From: Candidatus Acidiferrales bacterium
Lineage (GTDB): Bacteria; Chloroflexota; Dormibacteria; Aeolococcales; Bog-877
Assembly: GCA_035533655.1 (NCBI GenBank)
Contig: DATLTJ010000031.1
Coordinates: forward strand, 2,490-66,489
Length of the DNA stretch: 64,000 nt
Direction of reading: 5' to 3'
Shown: positions 50,619 to 59,491 of the stretch, one piece after another
How positions within the stretch are numbered: the first letter of the stretch is position 1
How the letters are laid out: each line of letters begins with the position of its first letter
Made by a program: the position numbers and the translations under genes
The notes under the pieces: model-generated
The model's database searches: none
What the model saw: the letters and a program-made list of their open reading frames with translations, nothing else
Told to the model about the DNA's origin: nothing

Positions 50619-52019
50619 GTGCGCCCCGAACTTCCCTCAGGGCTCTTGGTGAGCCTCTCCTCCGACCAGCTCTGGACGGCCGCTCAGGAGGAGCTGCGCT
50701 TCCAGGTCAGCCGTCCGGGGTATGAGGCCTGGCTCAAGAACGCCCGCCTCCTCAACTTCGACGACGAAGCGTCTCGCGCCATCATCGGCGTGCCCACTCC
50801 CTTGGCCCGCGACTGGGTCAGCGACCGGTACTCGGCGGTGATCCGGGAGACCCTCTCGGCGCTCCTCAACCGGGACATCGAGGTGGACTTTGCCGTCCAG
50901 ACCGCCACCGACGATGGGGACTCTGCCCTGCCCGTGGATGCCAAGGGCCCGGTCGTCCTCACCGACGACCGCTCGCAGGGGATCGCCGAGACGGTCCCCG
51001 GGCTCAACCAGCGCTACACCTTCAGTGCCTTCGTGGATGGCAACAACTCTCGCTTCGCCTACGCGGCCTGCCGAGCGGTGGCCGACTCGCCGAGCCGCGC
51101 CTACAACCCACTCTTCCTCTATGGCGGGGTGGGGCTGGGCAAGACCCACCTGATGCACGCGGTGGGCCACGCCGTCTGGCAGAGCCACCGCTTGCGGGTC
51201 GCCTACGTGACCTCTGAGAGCTTCATGAATCAGATGATCACGTCGATCCAGGAGAACCGGATGGCCCAGTTCCGCGCCCGCTACCGGACAGTCGACGTGC
51301 TCCTGGTCGATGACATCCAGTTCCTGGCGGGCAAGGACCGGACCCAGGAGGAGTTCTTCCACACCTTCAACGCGTTGCAGGAGGTGAATCGCCAGATCGT
51401 GATCAGTAGCGACCGTCCTCCCCGCGAGATCCCCACTCTCGAGGACCGGCTTCGGACCCGCTTCGAGGGAGGGTTGATGGCGGACATCCAGCCACCAGAC
51501 TTCGAGACCCGGTTGGCAATTCTCCGCAGCAAGCTGGACCCCGCTCACAACCCGCTCAGCGAGGAGGTCCTCTCCTTCATCGCCTTCAAGATCCAGCAGA
51601 ACATCCGGGAGCTGGAGGGAGCGCTGATCCGGGTGCTGGCGCACGCCTCCATCGCGGGCGGCGAGAGCCCGTCTCTGCAGCAGGTCTCGGAGATCCTCCG
51701 CGACATCATCCCTTCGGCCGACACCAAGCCGCTCTCGGTCGACCTGGTGCAGCAGGTGGTGGCCGACTACTACGGGATCACCGTCGACGAGATGAAGAGC
51801 AAGCGCCGGGATAAGCACATCGTCTTCCCCCGCCAAATGGCCATGTATCTGATCAGGGAGGAGATCGCGATGAGCCTGCCGGCCATCGGCCAGGTCTTTG
51901 GCGGTCGCGACCACACGACCGTCCTCCACTCCTATGAGAAGATCGTCAACGAGGCCAAGGAGGACCCCCGGGTCGCCGACGATGTGGCCCGGCTCAGGGA
52001 GCTCCTCCTGTCTCGCTAG
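50619..52019 (+). CDS. dnaA: Chromosomal replication initiator DnaA.
   Basis: AAA+ Walker A GGVGLGKTHL, LLVDDIQFLAGK, and C-terminal DNA-binding helix RDHTTVLHSYEKI. The start is the GTG at 50619 or at 50649. Confidence 0.9.
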   Translation: MRPELPSGLLVSLSSDQLWTAAQEELRFQVSRPGYEAWLKNARLLNFDDEASRAIIGVPTPLARDWVSDRYSAVIRETLSALLNRDIEVDFAVQTATDDGDSALPVDAKGPVVLTDDRSQGIAETVPGLNQRYTFSAFVDGNNSRFAYAACRAVADSPSRAYNPLFLYGGVGLGKTHLMHAVGHAVWQSHRLRVAYVTSESFMNQMITSIQENRMAQFRARYRTVDVLLVDDIQFLAGKDRTQEEFFHTFNALQEVNRQIVISSDRPPREIPTLEDRLRTRFEGGLMADIQPPDFETRLAILRSKLDPAHNPLSEEVLSFIAFKIQQNIRELEGALIRVLAHASIAGGESPSLQQVSEILRDIIPSADTKPLSVDLVQQVVADYYGITVDEMKSKRRDKHIVFPRQMAMYLIREEIAMSLPAIGQVFGGRDHTTVLHSYEKIVNEAKEDPRVADDVARLRELLLSR

Positions 52020-52289
52020 ACCGGATCAACACAGCTTTTCCAGTGTCCCTGTTACCAGCGACCCAACCCCTGGGGGCAAGCCCGCCCCGTCGAAAAACCC
52101 GGCCGTTAACCGCGGGACCACCCCCGGATATCCACAGGCTGTCCACCGGTAGAGTGAGTTCAGCTCCGATCAGTTTCCCCAACCTTCACTCCCCTACTAT
52201 GGCTACGGTTTTACAAATCCGTACCAAGCGCTGCGCGGGGCTGTTGAAAGGGAAGGTGGCGCGCTCTTGAAGCCAAGGAGGCCTATTCC
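52020..52289. promoter_or_regulatory. oriC: dnaA-dnaN intergenic region with DnaA boxes (candidate oriC, actinobacterial position).
   Basis: ATATCCACA at 52128-52136 (8/9 match to TTATCCACA), CTGTCCACC at 52139-52147, and TTTTCCAGT near 52036. Actinobacterial oriC lies between dnaA and dnaN. Confidence 0.5.
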
Positions 52290-53420
52290 GTGAAGTGCAC
52301 TATCTCACCCCAACAGTTGGGGGCCGGGCTTAATTCGGTGAGCCGAGCAGTCTCCAGCCGGGCGACCCTACCGATCTTGAACAACGTGCTCGTCGCGGCC
52401 CGGGGCGGAAGCTTGCAGTTGACTGCCACCAACCTTGACCTCACCATCTACCACTCGCTGGCGGCGGAGGTAGAGGAGGAAGGCGAAGTGACAGTGCCCG
52501 CCCGGATGCTCTCGGAGTTCGTCGGTGCTCTGCCGGAGCAGCCGCTCCGCTGGCAGCTGGACCAGGCTCACCAGACCGTCAGCCTGCAGAGCGGGCGGTT
52601 TGACGCCCACATCCGCGGGGTTGACGCGAAGGAATTCCCGCCCCTACCTGATGTCTCGGACGGAGATACGGTCGAGCTGGATCCCCAGACCCTACTCACC
52701 GCCATCGACCAGACCGTGATCGCGGCCAGTTCTGACGACGGGAGACCAATCTACACCGGAGTGCTGACTGAGATCGCCGGCCCGGAGGTGACCTTAGTCG
52801 CCACCGACGGTCACCGGCTGGCGATCCGGGTGGTTCGTGCCACCGACGGTGGCCGCCAGGGAGAGCGCTTCGCCGTGATCATCCCGGCGCGGGCTCTGTC
52901 GGAGCTCTCCCGGCTCCTCAAGCCGGTAGCGGCCAGCCCCGCCTCGGTCAGCCTCACCATCGGGGCCTCGCGGGCCCAGGTCAAATTCCAGCTGCCTGGA
53001 TACGAGCTCACAGCTCGGCTGATTGACGGGGTCTACCCCAGCTACGAGAAGGTCATCCCCACGGCCTCGCAGACCGTGGTGAGGGTCTCCACCGAGGAGC
53101 TGAGGCGCACCACCAAGGTGGTCTCCCTCTTCGCCAGGGACGCCGCCAACGTCTTGAAGATTCGCTGCGAGCAGGGCCAGGTCGTTCTCTCTGCCAACAC
53201 CAACGAGGTGGGGGACAACGTGGCTGGGGTTGATGCTTCGGTGGACGGCGACAGCCTGGGGATCGCCTTCAACGCCCGCTACGTGGCGGACGTGCTCAAC
53301 CTCATTGATTCGCCAGAGGTGGAGTTGATTTTGAATGGGCCGCTCTCGCCCGGTCTGGTGCGGGCCCCCGGGGACGACAGCTACCGGTACGTGATCATGC
53401 CCGTCCGGGTGGCCATCTGA
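52290..53420 (+). CDS. dnaN: DNA polymerase III beta sliding clamp.
   Basis: 376 aa with a three-domain clamp; GTG start. Confidence 0.9.
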   Translation: MKCTISPQQLGAGLNSVSRAVSSRATLPILNNVLVAARGGSLQLTATNLDLTIYHSLAAEVEEEGEVTVPARMLSEFVGALPEQPLRWQLDQAHQTVSLQSGRFDAHIRGVDAKEFPPLPDVSDGDTVELDPQTLLTAIDQTVIAASSDDGRPIYTGVLTEIAGPEVTLVATDGHRLAIRVVRATDGGRQGERFAVIIPARALSELSRLLKPVAASPASVSLTIGASRAQVKFQLPGYELTARLIDGVYPSYEKVIPTASQTVVRVSTEELRRTTKVVSLFARDAANVLKIRCEQGQVVLSANTNEVGDNVAGVDASVDGDSLGIAFNARYVADVLNLIDSPEVELILNGPLSPGLVRAPGDDSYRYVIMPVRVAI

Positions 53421-53442
53421 GAGCAGTGGCGGATCCCACCAG

Positions 53443-54612
53443 GTGTACCTCTCCCAGTTGCGCCTACTCTGCTTTCGCATCTATCAGGAGGCTTCTCTAG
53501 AGCTACTCCCAGGGGTGAACCTGGTCTTGGGCCAGAACGGCCAAGGCAAGACCAGCCTGCTCGAAGCGATCTCAACTCTGGCTCTGACCAGATCGCCTCG
53601 GTCGGGGTCGTTGGGAGAGTGCGCGTCGTGGGGCGAGTCGCAGATGGGGGTGGCGGGCCACCTGGTCAGCCGGCTCGGGGACAACGACCTCGAGTTGAGG
53701 GCGGAGCGCCAGCTCGCCAGCGAGCGCTGGGTTCGCCGGCTGCGCCAGGACGGGGACCTGATCCAGCCGCGCCAGCTCCTGGGCCGGTTCCGGGTGGTGC
53801 TCTTCTGGCCTGAGGACCTGCTGTTGGTGAAGGGGGGACCTGACCCGAGGCGGCGGTTGCTCGACGTCGTACTCAGCCAACTTTCCCCCACCTACGCCGA
53901 GGCAGCCACCCGGTATCGCCGAGCGGTGGAACACCGCACTGCCCTGCTGCGGAGGGTGCGTGACAGCCAGGCCGCCCCGGCCGAGCTCCAGCCCTGGTCG
54001 GAGGCCCTGGTCGAATACGGAACCATCGTGATCCAGGAGAGACGGCGCTATCTGGCGACCGTTCAGCCGGTGGCGGCGGAAGCCATCATCAAGATCGGAG
54101 AGTCGGCCGAACTCCAGCTGCAATACCGGCCGGGTCTGGGCCGGGGCGGCAGTCTGGATCCGAGAGCGGACCCCGCCGACACGCTCCGGCGGGCCCTGGC
54201 CAGGACCGCCGCGGAGGAGATTGCCCGAGCGCAGTGTGTGGTGGGGCCGCATCGCGATGACTTCGAAGTTCTTTTGGGAGGCCGGCCGGCGCGGCAGTTC
54301 GCGTCGCAGGGTCAGCAGCGGAGCGTGGTGCTGGCGCTCAAGGTGGCCGAGGTCCGTCAGCACCTCACCCTGGGGGGCGAGACGCCGCTACTGCTGCTCG
54401 ACGACGTGCTCTCCGAGCTTGACCGGGAGCGGCGCACCGGTCTGATCCAGTTGCTCTCCGAGGAGCTGGCGGTGGAGCAGACTCTGATCACCTCCACCGA
54501 AGATCCCCAGATTGGTGGCGAGGTGGCCGTGTCCCAGGTGCTTCAGGCGCGCGGAGGTCAGCTGACCCGCCAAGCAGTGCCCGGCTGGGGGCTCAACGAT
54601 TGGAAGGCATAG
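53443..54612 (+). CDS. recF: DNA replication and repair protein RecF.
   Basis: Walker A GQNGQGKTS, signature and Walker B (LLLLDDVLSELD). Confidence 0.9.
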   Translation: MYLSQLRLLCFRIYQEASLELLPGVNLVLGQNGQGKTSLLEAISTLALTRSPRSGSLGECASWGESQMGVAGHLVSRLGDNDLELRAERQLASERWVRRLRQDGDLIQPRQLLGRFRVVLFWPEDLLLVKGGPDPRRRLLDVVLSQLSPTYAEAATRYRRAVEHRTALLRRVRDSQAAPAELQPWSEALVEYGTIVIQERRRYLATVQPVAAEAIIKIGESAELQLQYRPGLGRGGSLDPRADPADTLRRALARTAAEEIARAQCVVGPHRDDFEVLLGGRPARQFASQGQQRSVVLALKVAEVRQHLTLGGETPLLLLDDVLSELDRERRTGLIQLLSEELAVEQTLITSTEDPQIGGEVAVSQVLQARGGQLTRQAVPGWGLNDWKA

Positions 54613-54920
54613 AGGCGATCCTGCCCCGGGTGCTGCGCCGGCTCGGGGCCACCGGCCAGGTCCGCCAGGTAAGGGTCGAGGCCGCCTTCGCCAAAGTCTG
54701 CGGAGAGTACATCCGGCCGCACGTCCGGGTCTACGCGGTGGAGCGCTCGGTCCTGGTCCTAGCCTGTGCCCATCCGGCGATCGCGCACCAGTTGCAGATC
54801 GAGTCGGTGACGATCCTCGGCGCGATCAACGCGGAGGTGGGGGGCCGGGCGCTAACCCGGCTTCGCTTCGTGCCCGAGGCGGGGATGCTGCCACCGCCGC
54901 GCCGGCCGCGAGGAAGCTGA
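54600..54920 (+). CDS. dciA: DUF721 / DciA-like protein (replicative helicase operator).
   Basis: 106 aa, in the position and size of actinobacterial DUF721 after recF. TTG start overlaps the recF end. Confidence 0.65.
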   Translation: MEGIEAILPRVLRRLGATGQVRQVRVEAAFAKVCGEYIRPHVRVYAVERSVLVLACAHPAIAHQLQIESVTILGAINAEVGGRALTRLRFVPEAGMLPPPRRPRGS

Positions 54921-56076
54921 GCACGATCTCCGCGGCCGCAGCGGCGGCCCCTGGCCGGGCCCAGCTCCGCGAGCCACTCTGCAACTGGTCGAGCAGCGGG
55001 TCGTCCGGGCGGCAGAGCCGAGCTAGGGTCTTCAGCAACTCCTCGCGACCCTCCACCTGCAGAGCCGCCCCGGCCGCGACCAGCGCGGCGCCATTGTTTT
55101 CCTCCTGCCCGGGCAAGGAGTCGGTCACCAGGAGGGCCAACCCCGCGGCCGCTGCCTCCGCCAGGGTGCTGGGGCCGGCCTTGCCGAGGTAGACATCGGC
55201 GGCCAGCAACCAGGGGGTCAAGGAGGGCTGGAACTCCAGGGCGACCGTCGCCACCTTCGGGGGATGGCGCCTCAACCACTCCCGCAGCCGGAGGTTGTTG
55301 CCGCAGGCCACCACTACCTGTAGTTGCAGTTCGCTCTCCCCCAGCCACCGGGTCAGCCGCTTCAGGCTGCCCACCCCCTCAGCGCCGCCGCCCAGCAGAA
55401 CGCAGAGGGCTCGGGGGTCGAGCCCGAGCGACTCGCGCAGCCCCTGGCGGTCCTCCCGACGGGTGGGCCCTCGGGAGAGGGTCGGGTCAACGGGGAGCCC
55501 GGTCTCCCGGATCAGGTGGGCGGGCACGCCGTGCTCACGACACCAGTCGCTGGCCTCGCGGGTCGCGGTCAGGATAGCGTCCGGCCGGGGCGACAGCCAG
55601 CCCTGGTGGCCGCCGACCAGATCGGTCATAACGGTGATCAAAGCGGGCGAGCGACCCGGTCCGGCGAGCGCGTCGGCGGCCTGGCGCGCCGCCGGGCCGA
55701 GGAGGGGGTGGCAGTTCACGATCACCAGCGGGCGACGAAGACGGGTCCGCTCGGCCATCGCCGGCCCGAGTTGGCGGAGGAGGAAACGATCCATTCCCGA
55801 ACTTAGTCGCCGGCTGCTGAAGCCGCGGAAGAGAACTCCCCAGAGCGTGGGGGAGGTCCGCACCAGCGGGCCGTACGCGCGAGCCAGCGAGCGAGCGGTG
55901 CGTCCGATCGGCTGGTGGGTGGGGTCGTCCACGGCCACCGTGACCGGGCCGGAGCTGCTGGTGGCCAGCGCGGTGACCAGGGCGCGAGCCACGCTCACGT
56001 GGCCACCGCCGGTGCCGGCCGCCCAGATCTGTACTTCCGCCCGCCCAGGGTTTTTCAAGCAGGGAGCGTCCTTCAT
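54826..56076 (-). CDS. Glycosyltransferase family 28 (MGDG synthase / MurG-like lipid glycosyltransferase).
   Basis: N-terminal AAGTGGGH motif typical of MGDG-synthase-like GT28. C-terminal GT-B domain. ATG at 56076 verified. The C-terminal tail overlaps dciA convergently. Confidence 0.65.
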   Translation of the reverse strand: MKDAPCLKNPGRAEVQIWAAGTGGGHVSVARALVTALATSSSGPVTVAVDDPTHQPIGRTARSLARAYGPLVRTSPTLWGVLFRGFSSRRLSSGMDRFLLRQLGPAMAERTRLRRPLVIVNCHPLLGPAARQAADALAGPGRSPALITVMTDLVGGHQGWLSPRPDAILTATREASDWCREHGVPAHLIRETGLPVDPTLSRGPTRREDRQGLRESLGLDPRALCVLLGGGAEGVGSLKRLTRWLGESELQLQVVVACGNNLRLREWLRRHPPKVATVALEFQPSLTPWLLAADVYLGKAGPSTLAEAAAAGLALLVTDSLPGQEENNGAALVAAGAALQVEGREELLKTLARLCRPDDPLLDQLQSGSRSWARPGAAAAAAEIVLSFLAAGAAVAASPPRARSEAGLAPGPPPPR

Positions 56077-56099
56077 GAGATGTTTGGCCTCTGGCGGCG

Positions 56100-57266
56100 A
56101 TGTTAGAGTCATCTCGCCGGCCGAGGCTCGTCCAGCCTCGGCAGAGCGCGGGATTTCAGGGTGGAGCAAGCATCGGGGCCTCATGTCCAGCGCCCTTCGG
56201 GGCGAAAGCGGCACTGAATCCGCGCGACCGCGGCCTGCGGGTGGAGGAGATCACCACCGCGGACGGGCTGAGACGGCTGCGCCCCGATTGGAACGGGGTC
56301 GAGGCCGCTGGCGAACCGATCAATCCGTTCCTGTCCTGGGATTGGCAGTCGAGCTGGTGGGACGCGTTCGGTGGGGACCGGGAGCTCCATTGCCTGGTGG
56401 TGTCCGAGGCGGACCAGGTGGTGGGTATCGTCCCGCTCCAGTGCGCGTCCCCCGGGCCTCGCGTGTTCGGTTTCGGAGGTGGGGCCGACCTCTCCGACCA
56501 CCTGGGCTTCCTGTTCCGCCCCGATCGGGCGGCAGAGGTGGCCAGCGTCGCTTTGGAGGAGCTGTTCAAGGGGGAAGCGACGGCGCGCGTGGCGGCCCTG
56601 GACCTGCACTACCTCGTCGACGCTTCGCCGGCGCTGACCGCGTTGCGCCAGGCCGCCGACCAGCTGGAGCTGGGCCAGGAGCTGACCCAGGAGGAGGTGA
56701 GCCCCCAGGTGAGCCTGGGCCTCGACTTCGAGGGCTACCTCACGGGACGGCTCAACAAGAAGGATCGGCACGAGCTCCGCCGCAAGCTACGCCGGTTGGA
56801 GACCGAGCAGCCGGATTGGACCTTGGTCACCCAGGCCGACCTCGGCCTGGACGCGGCACTGGATGCTTTCTTCCCCCTCCTCCAGGCCAGCGGAGCCCAC
56901 AAGGTCGAGTTCCTCACCCCCGAGGTGGAGGCGTTCATCCGCAGCGCCAGCCACCGCCTCGAGGAGCGGGGCTGGCTTCGCGTGCAGTTCATCAAGGCAG
57001 CTGGCCAGCTGACTGCGGCCACGCTGGGCTTCACTGTCTCGGACACCTGGCACCTCTACAACTCGGGGTACCAGCCGGAGGCGGCCGCGCTCTCGCCGGG
57101 GTTTCTCTGCGCGGCGGAGGGGATCCGGGCGGCGATCGAGGAGGGTTGCCACACCGCTGATTTCCTGCGGGGTAGCGAGGCCTACAAGTACCACCTGGGG
57201 GCGGTCGACAAGCCGCTCTGGCGACTCCAGCTGAGCCGGCCGGGCGGCCGCGCGGGTCTCGTTTGA
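56100..57266 (+). CDS. GNAT/FemAB-fold acyltransferase (CelD/BioF2-like, Acetyltransf_6-type).
   Basis: C-terminal LYNSGYQPEAAALSPGFLCAAEGIRAAIEEGCHTADFLRGSEAYKYHLGA resembles CelD-like acyltransferases. The start is uncertain, probably near 56226. Confidence 0.55.
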   Translation: MLESSRRPRLVQPRQSAGFQGGASIGASCPAPFGAKAALNPRDRGLRVEEITTADGLRRLRPDWNGVEAAGEPINPFLSWDWQSSWWDAFGGDRELHCLVVSEADQVVGIVPLQCASPGPRVFGFGGGADLSDHLGFLFRPDRAAEVASVALEELFKGEATARVAALDLHYLVDASPALTALRQAADQLELGQELTQEEVSPQVSLGLDFEGYLTGRLNKKDRHELRRKLRRLETEQPDWTLVTQADLGLDAALDAFFPLLQASGAHKVEFLTPEVEAFIRSASHRLEERGWLRVQFIKAAGQLTAATLGFTVSDTWHLYNSGYQPEAAALSPGFLCAAEGIRAAIEEGCHTADFLRGSEAYKYHLGAVDKPLWRLQLSRPGGRAGLV

Positions 57267-58546
57267 CCGCGCCCCCGGCAGCCAAAGGAGCTGGCCCCGG
57301 CGACACCGTCGCCTTCCTCTCGTTGCACGCCTCTCCGCTGGCCCGGCTGGGCCAGCGGGAGAACGGCGGGCTCAACGTCTACGTCCGGTCCGTTTGCGAG
57401 GAGCTGGGCGCCCGCGGCGTGCACACCGACGTCTTCGTCCGCCGGACCGATCCGGATGAGCCGGCCGAGCAGGCGATGGGCCCCCGCAGCCGGGTCGTGG
57501 CGGTGCACGCCGGCCCGGCGCGAAGGCTCTCCAAGCACCAGCTGCCCAACACGCGGGATGAGTACCTCGAGGCGGTCCGGTATTTCATGCAGCGATCGGG
57601 TCGCCGCTACCTCGCGATCCACAGCCACTACTGGCTGACCGTCGACGTGGGGGCCGAACTGGCCGAGTACCTGGGGGTCCCCTGGCTCCACACCGCCCAC
57701 ACCCTGGCCGCGGTCAAAGGGGAGTTCGGCTTCGACGGCGATGGCCCGCAGCGGTTGTTGGCCGAGCGTCGGGCGGTGTCCGCAGGGGCGCGGCTGGTGG
57801 CCAACACCCCCGGGGAGGCGCAGGGGCTCACCCGCCTCTACGGGGCCCACCCGCAGCAGGTGGTGGTGGCCCCGCCGGGAGTAGACCTGGTGCGGTTTCA
57901 GCCCCGTGATCCCGACCGGTTGCGAAGCCGGTTGAAGCTGGTCGGGCGCAAGGTGGTCCTGTTCGCCGGACGGCTGGAGCCACTCAAGGGACCGGACACC
58001 CTGCTGGACGCCTTCGCCATCCTGGTGAAGCGGGACGGCGTCCGCGAACCGGTGCAACTCCTCTTCGTGGGTGACGACAGCAGCGATGGCGCGCAGGTGG
58101 ACCAGCGGGGCATGTTGGAGGCGAGAGTCCGCGAGCTGGGACTGTCCGACCGGGTCTGCTTCCTCGGAGCCCGGCCCCAGGATCGGCTGGCGTTGCTTTA
58201 CTGCCTGGCCGACGTGGTCGTGGTCCCTTCGTACACCGAGTCCTTCGGGCTGGTCGCCCTCGAGGCGCAGGCCTGCGGCACCCCGGTGGTGGCGGCGTCG
58301 GTGGGCGGGCTGCGCGACGTGGTGGCTCACGGCAGTACCGGCTATCTGGTGGAGGGTCACAACCCGGCCGACTACGCCGAGGCGATCACCCGGGTCATCG
58401 CAGCTCCACCGGGAGCCGAGGCACTGATGCGTCAAGCTGCCTGGAGGCGGGCCCAGAGCTTCACCTGGGAGCGGACCGTCGATCTGCTCCTCCCCGAATA
58501 CGGTCTGCCCGCTGGTCTAGCGGCCGTGGCTGGCCGCGAGGGCTGA
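57263..58546 (+). CDS. mshA: GT4 glycosyltransferase, MshA-type (D-inositol-3-phosphate glycosyltransferase, mycothiol biosynthesis).
   Basis: LSLHASPL..GGLNVYV, HSHYWL, HTAHTLAAVK, EPLKGPD and ESFGLVALEAQACGTPVVA match the C. glutamicum MshA architecture. TTGA overlap with the upstream gene. Confidence 0.8.
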   Translation: MTAPPAAKGAGPGDTVAFLSLHASPLARLGQRENGGLNVYVRSVCEELGARGVHTDVFVRRTDPDEPAEQAMGPRSRVVAVHAGPARRLSKHQLPNTRDEYLEAVRYFMQRSGRRYLAIHSHYWLTVDVGAELAEYLGVPWLHTAHTLAAVKGEFGFDGDGPQRLLAERRAVSAGARLVANTPGEAQGLTRLYGAHPQQVVVAPPGVDLVRFQPRDPDRLRSRLKLVGRKVVLFAGRLEPLKGPDTLLDAFAILVKRDGVREPVQLLFVGDDSSDGAQVDQRGMLEARVRELGLSDRVCFLGARPQDRLALLYCLADVVVVPSYTESFGLVALEAQACGTPVVAASVGGLRDVVAHGSTGYLVEGHNPADYAEAITRVIAAPPGAEALMRQAAWRRAQSFTWERTVDLLLPEYGLPAGLAAVAGREG

Positions 58547-58569
58547 AGGAAGCCTCTCCCCGTCCGGTC

Positions 58570-59442
58570 TCAGCCGGTCCAGATCCCCACGGCGAGGAGA
58601 GTGGAGCTGGCCAAGAGGAGCAGGGCCGTCTGGCGAACGGCGCGCTCGCGGAGAGCCAGATCAGCGGACCTCGAATTGCGGAGCGGCCCTTCGGCGAGGG
58701 GAGCGAGCAGCCAGGGCAGGAAGCACTCCGCTCCGTCCAGTCCGGGAATGGTGATCAGCAGCGGTACCGCCAGCGACAGGACGAGCAGACCCTGGCAGAG
58801 GATTCGGGATCCCCGCTCGCTGAGACCGGCCACCGCACCGAACCGGCCGCCTTCGGGGCCGGTCGAGCGAGCGCGCATTGCGGCCAGGATCAGCAAGGCG
58901 GTCGCGAGGCTGGCTGGTAGTACGGCGGCCACCAGCCCCAGCCAGGTGAGGCGACCCAGCTCCACCACCAGCGTTCCCCAGCCGGCGAGCAGATCGGCCG
59001 CTGCCACCAGGGCAAGTTGGTCCCGGCCGATGGCCTGGCCTGAGTTCGGAGCGTGACCCAAGGCGATGGCGGCCGCCACGCCCAAGACTCCAACCGCCAA
59101 CAGCCACCAGGCGGTCGTCGCGGCCAGCCAGAAGCCCAGCACCAAGGCGAGGGCGAGCCAGAGGACGGCAGACCGGGGCAACTGCCCGAGGGCGGGCACT
59201 CCAGGCAACCGAGACAACGCCCGGTCCCGCTCGCGGGAGCGCTGCCTGATCCCCAGCAGGCCGAACCCGAGAGCGACGGTGACACCCAGCGCCGCCAAAC
59301 TCTTGGCGGCCGGGACCAGGCCGTAGTGGGCGGTGACCCCGGTCGCCACCACCACCGGGGCGACGGCGCAGACTAGGAGAGTTGTCCGACGCGGCCAAGT
59401 GGGGAGATCCCAACTGGAGCCGCGCCCTTGCTCAGCCCTCAT
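58570..59442 (-). CDS. Hypothetical polytopic integral membrane protein.
   Basis: 290 aa with ~8 hydrophobic helices; no catalytic motif recognised. Confidence 0.45.
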   Translation of the reverse strand: MRAEQGRGSSWDLPTWPRRTTLLVCAVAPVVVATGVTAHYGLVPAAKSLAALGVTVALGFGLLGIRQRSRERDRALSRLPGVPALGQLPRSAVLWLALALVLGFWLAATTAWWLLAVGVLGVAAAIALGHAPNSGQAIGRDQLALVAAADLLAGWGTLVVELGRLTWLGLVAAVLPASLATALLILAAMRARSTGPEGGRFGAVAGLSERGSRILCQGLLVLSLAVPLLITIPGLDGAECFLPWLLAPLAEGPLRNSRSADLALRERAVRQTALLLLASSTLLAVGIWTG

Positions 59443-59491
59443 CCCGGTGGAGAGGGTAGAGGGCTCAGGCTAGCCAGACCGGGGGCTCCGC

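Noticed and set aside
50362-50652. 96-aa ORF inside the rpmH-dnaA intergenic region.
   Set aside because: Cys/Arg/Pro-rich with no SD. It overlaps the expected dnaA promoter and 5'UTR, so it is a chance ORF.
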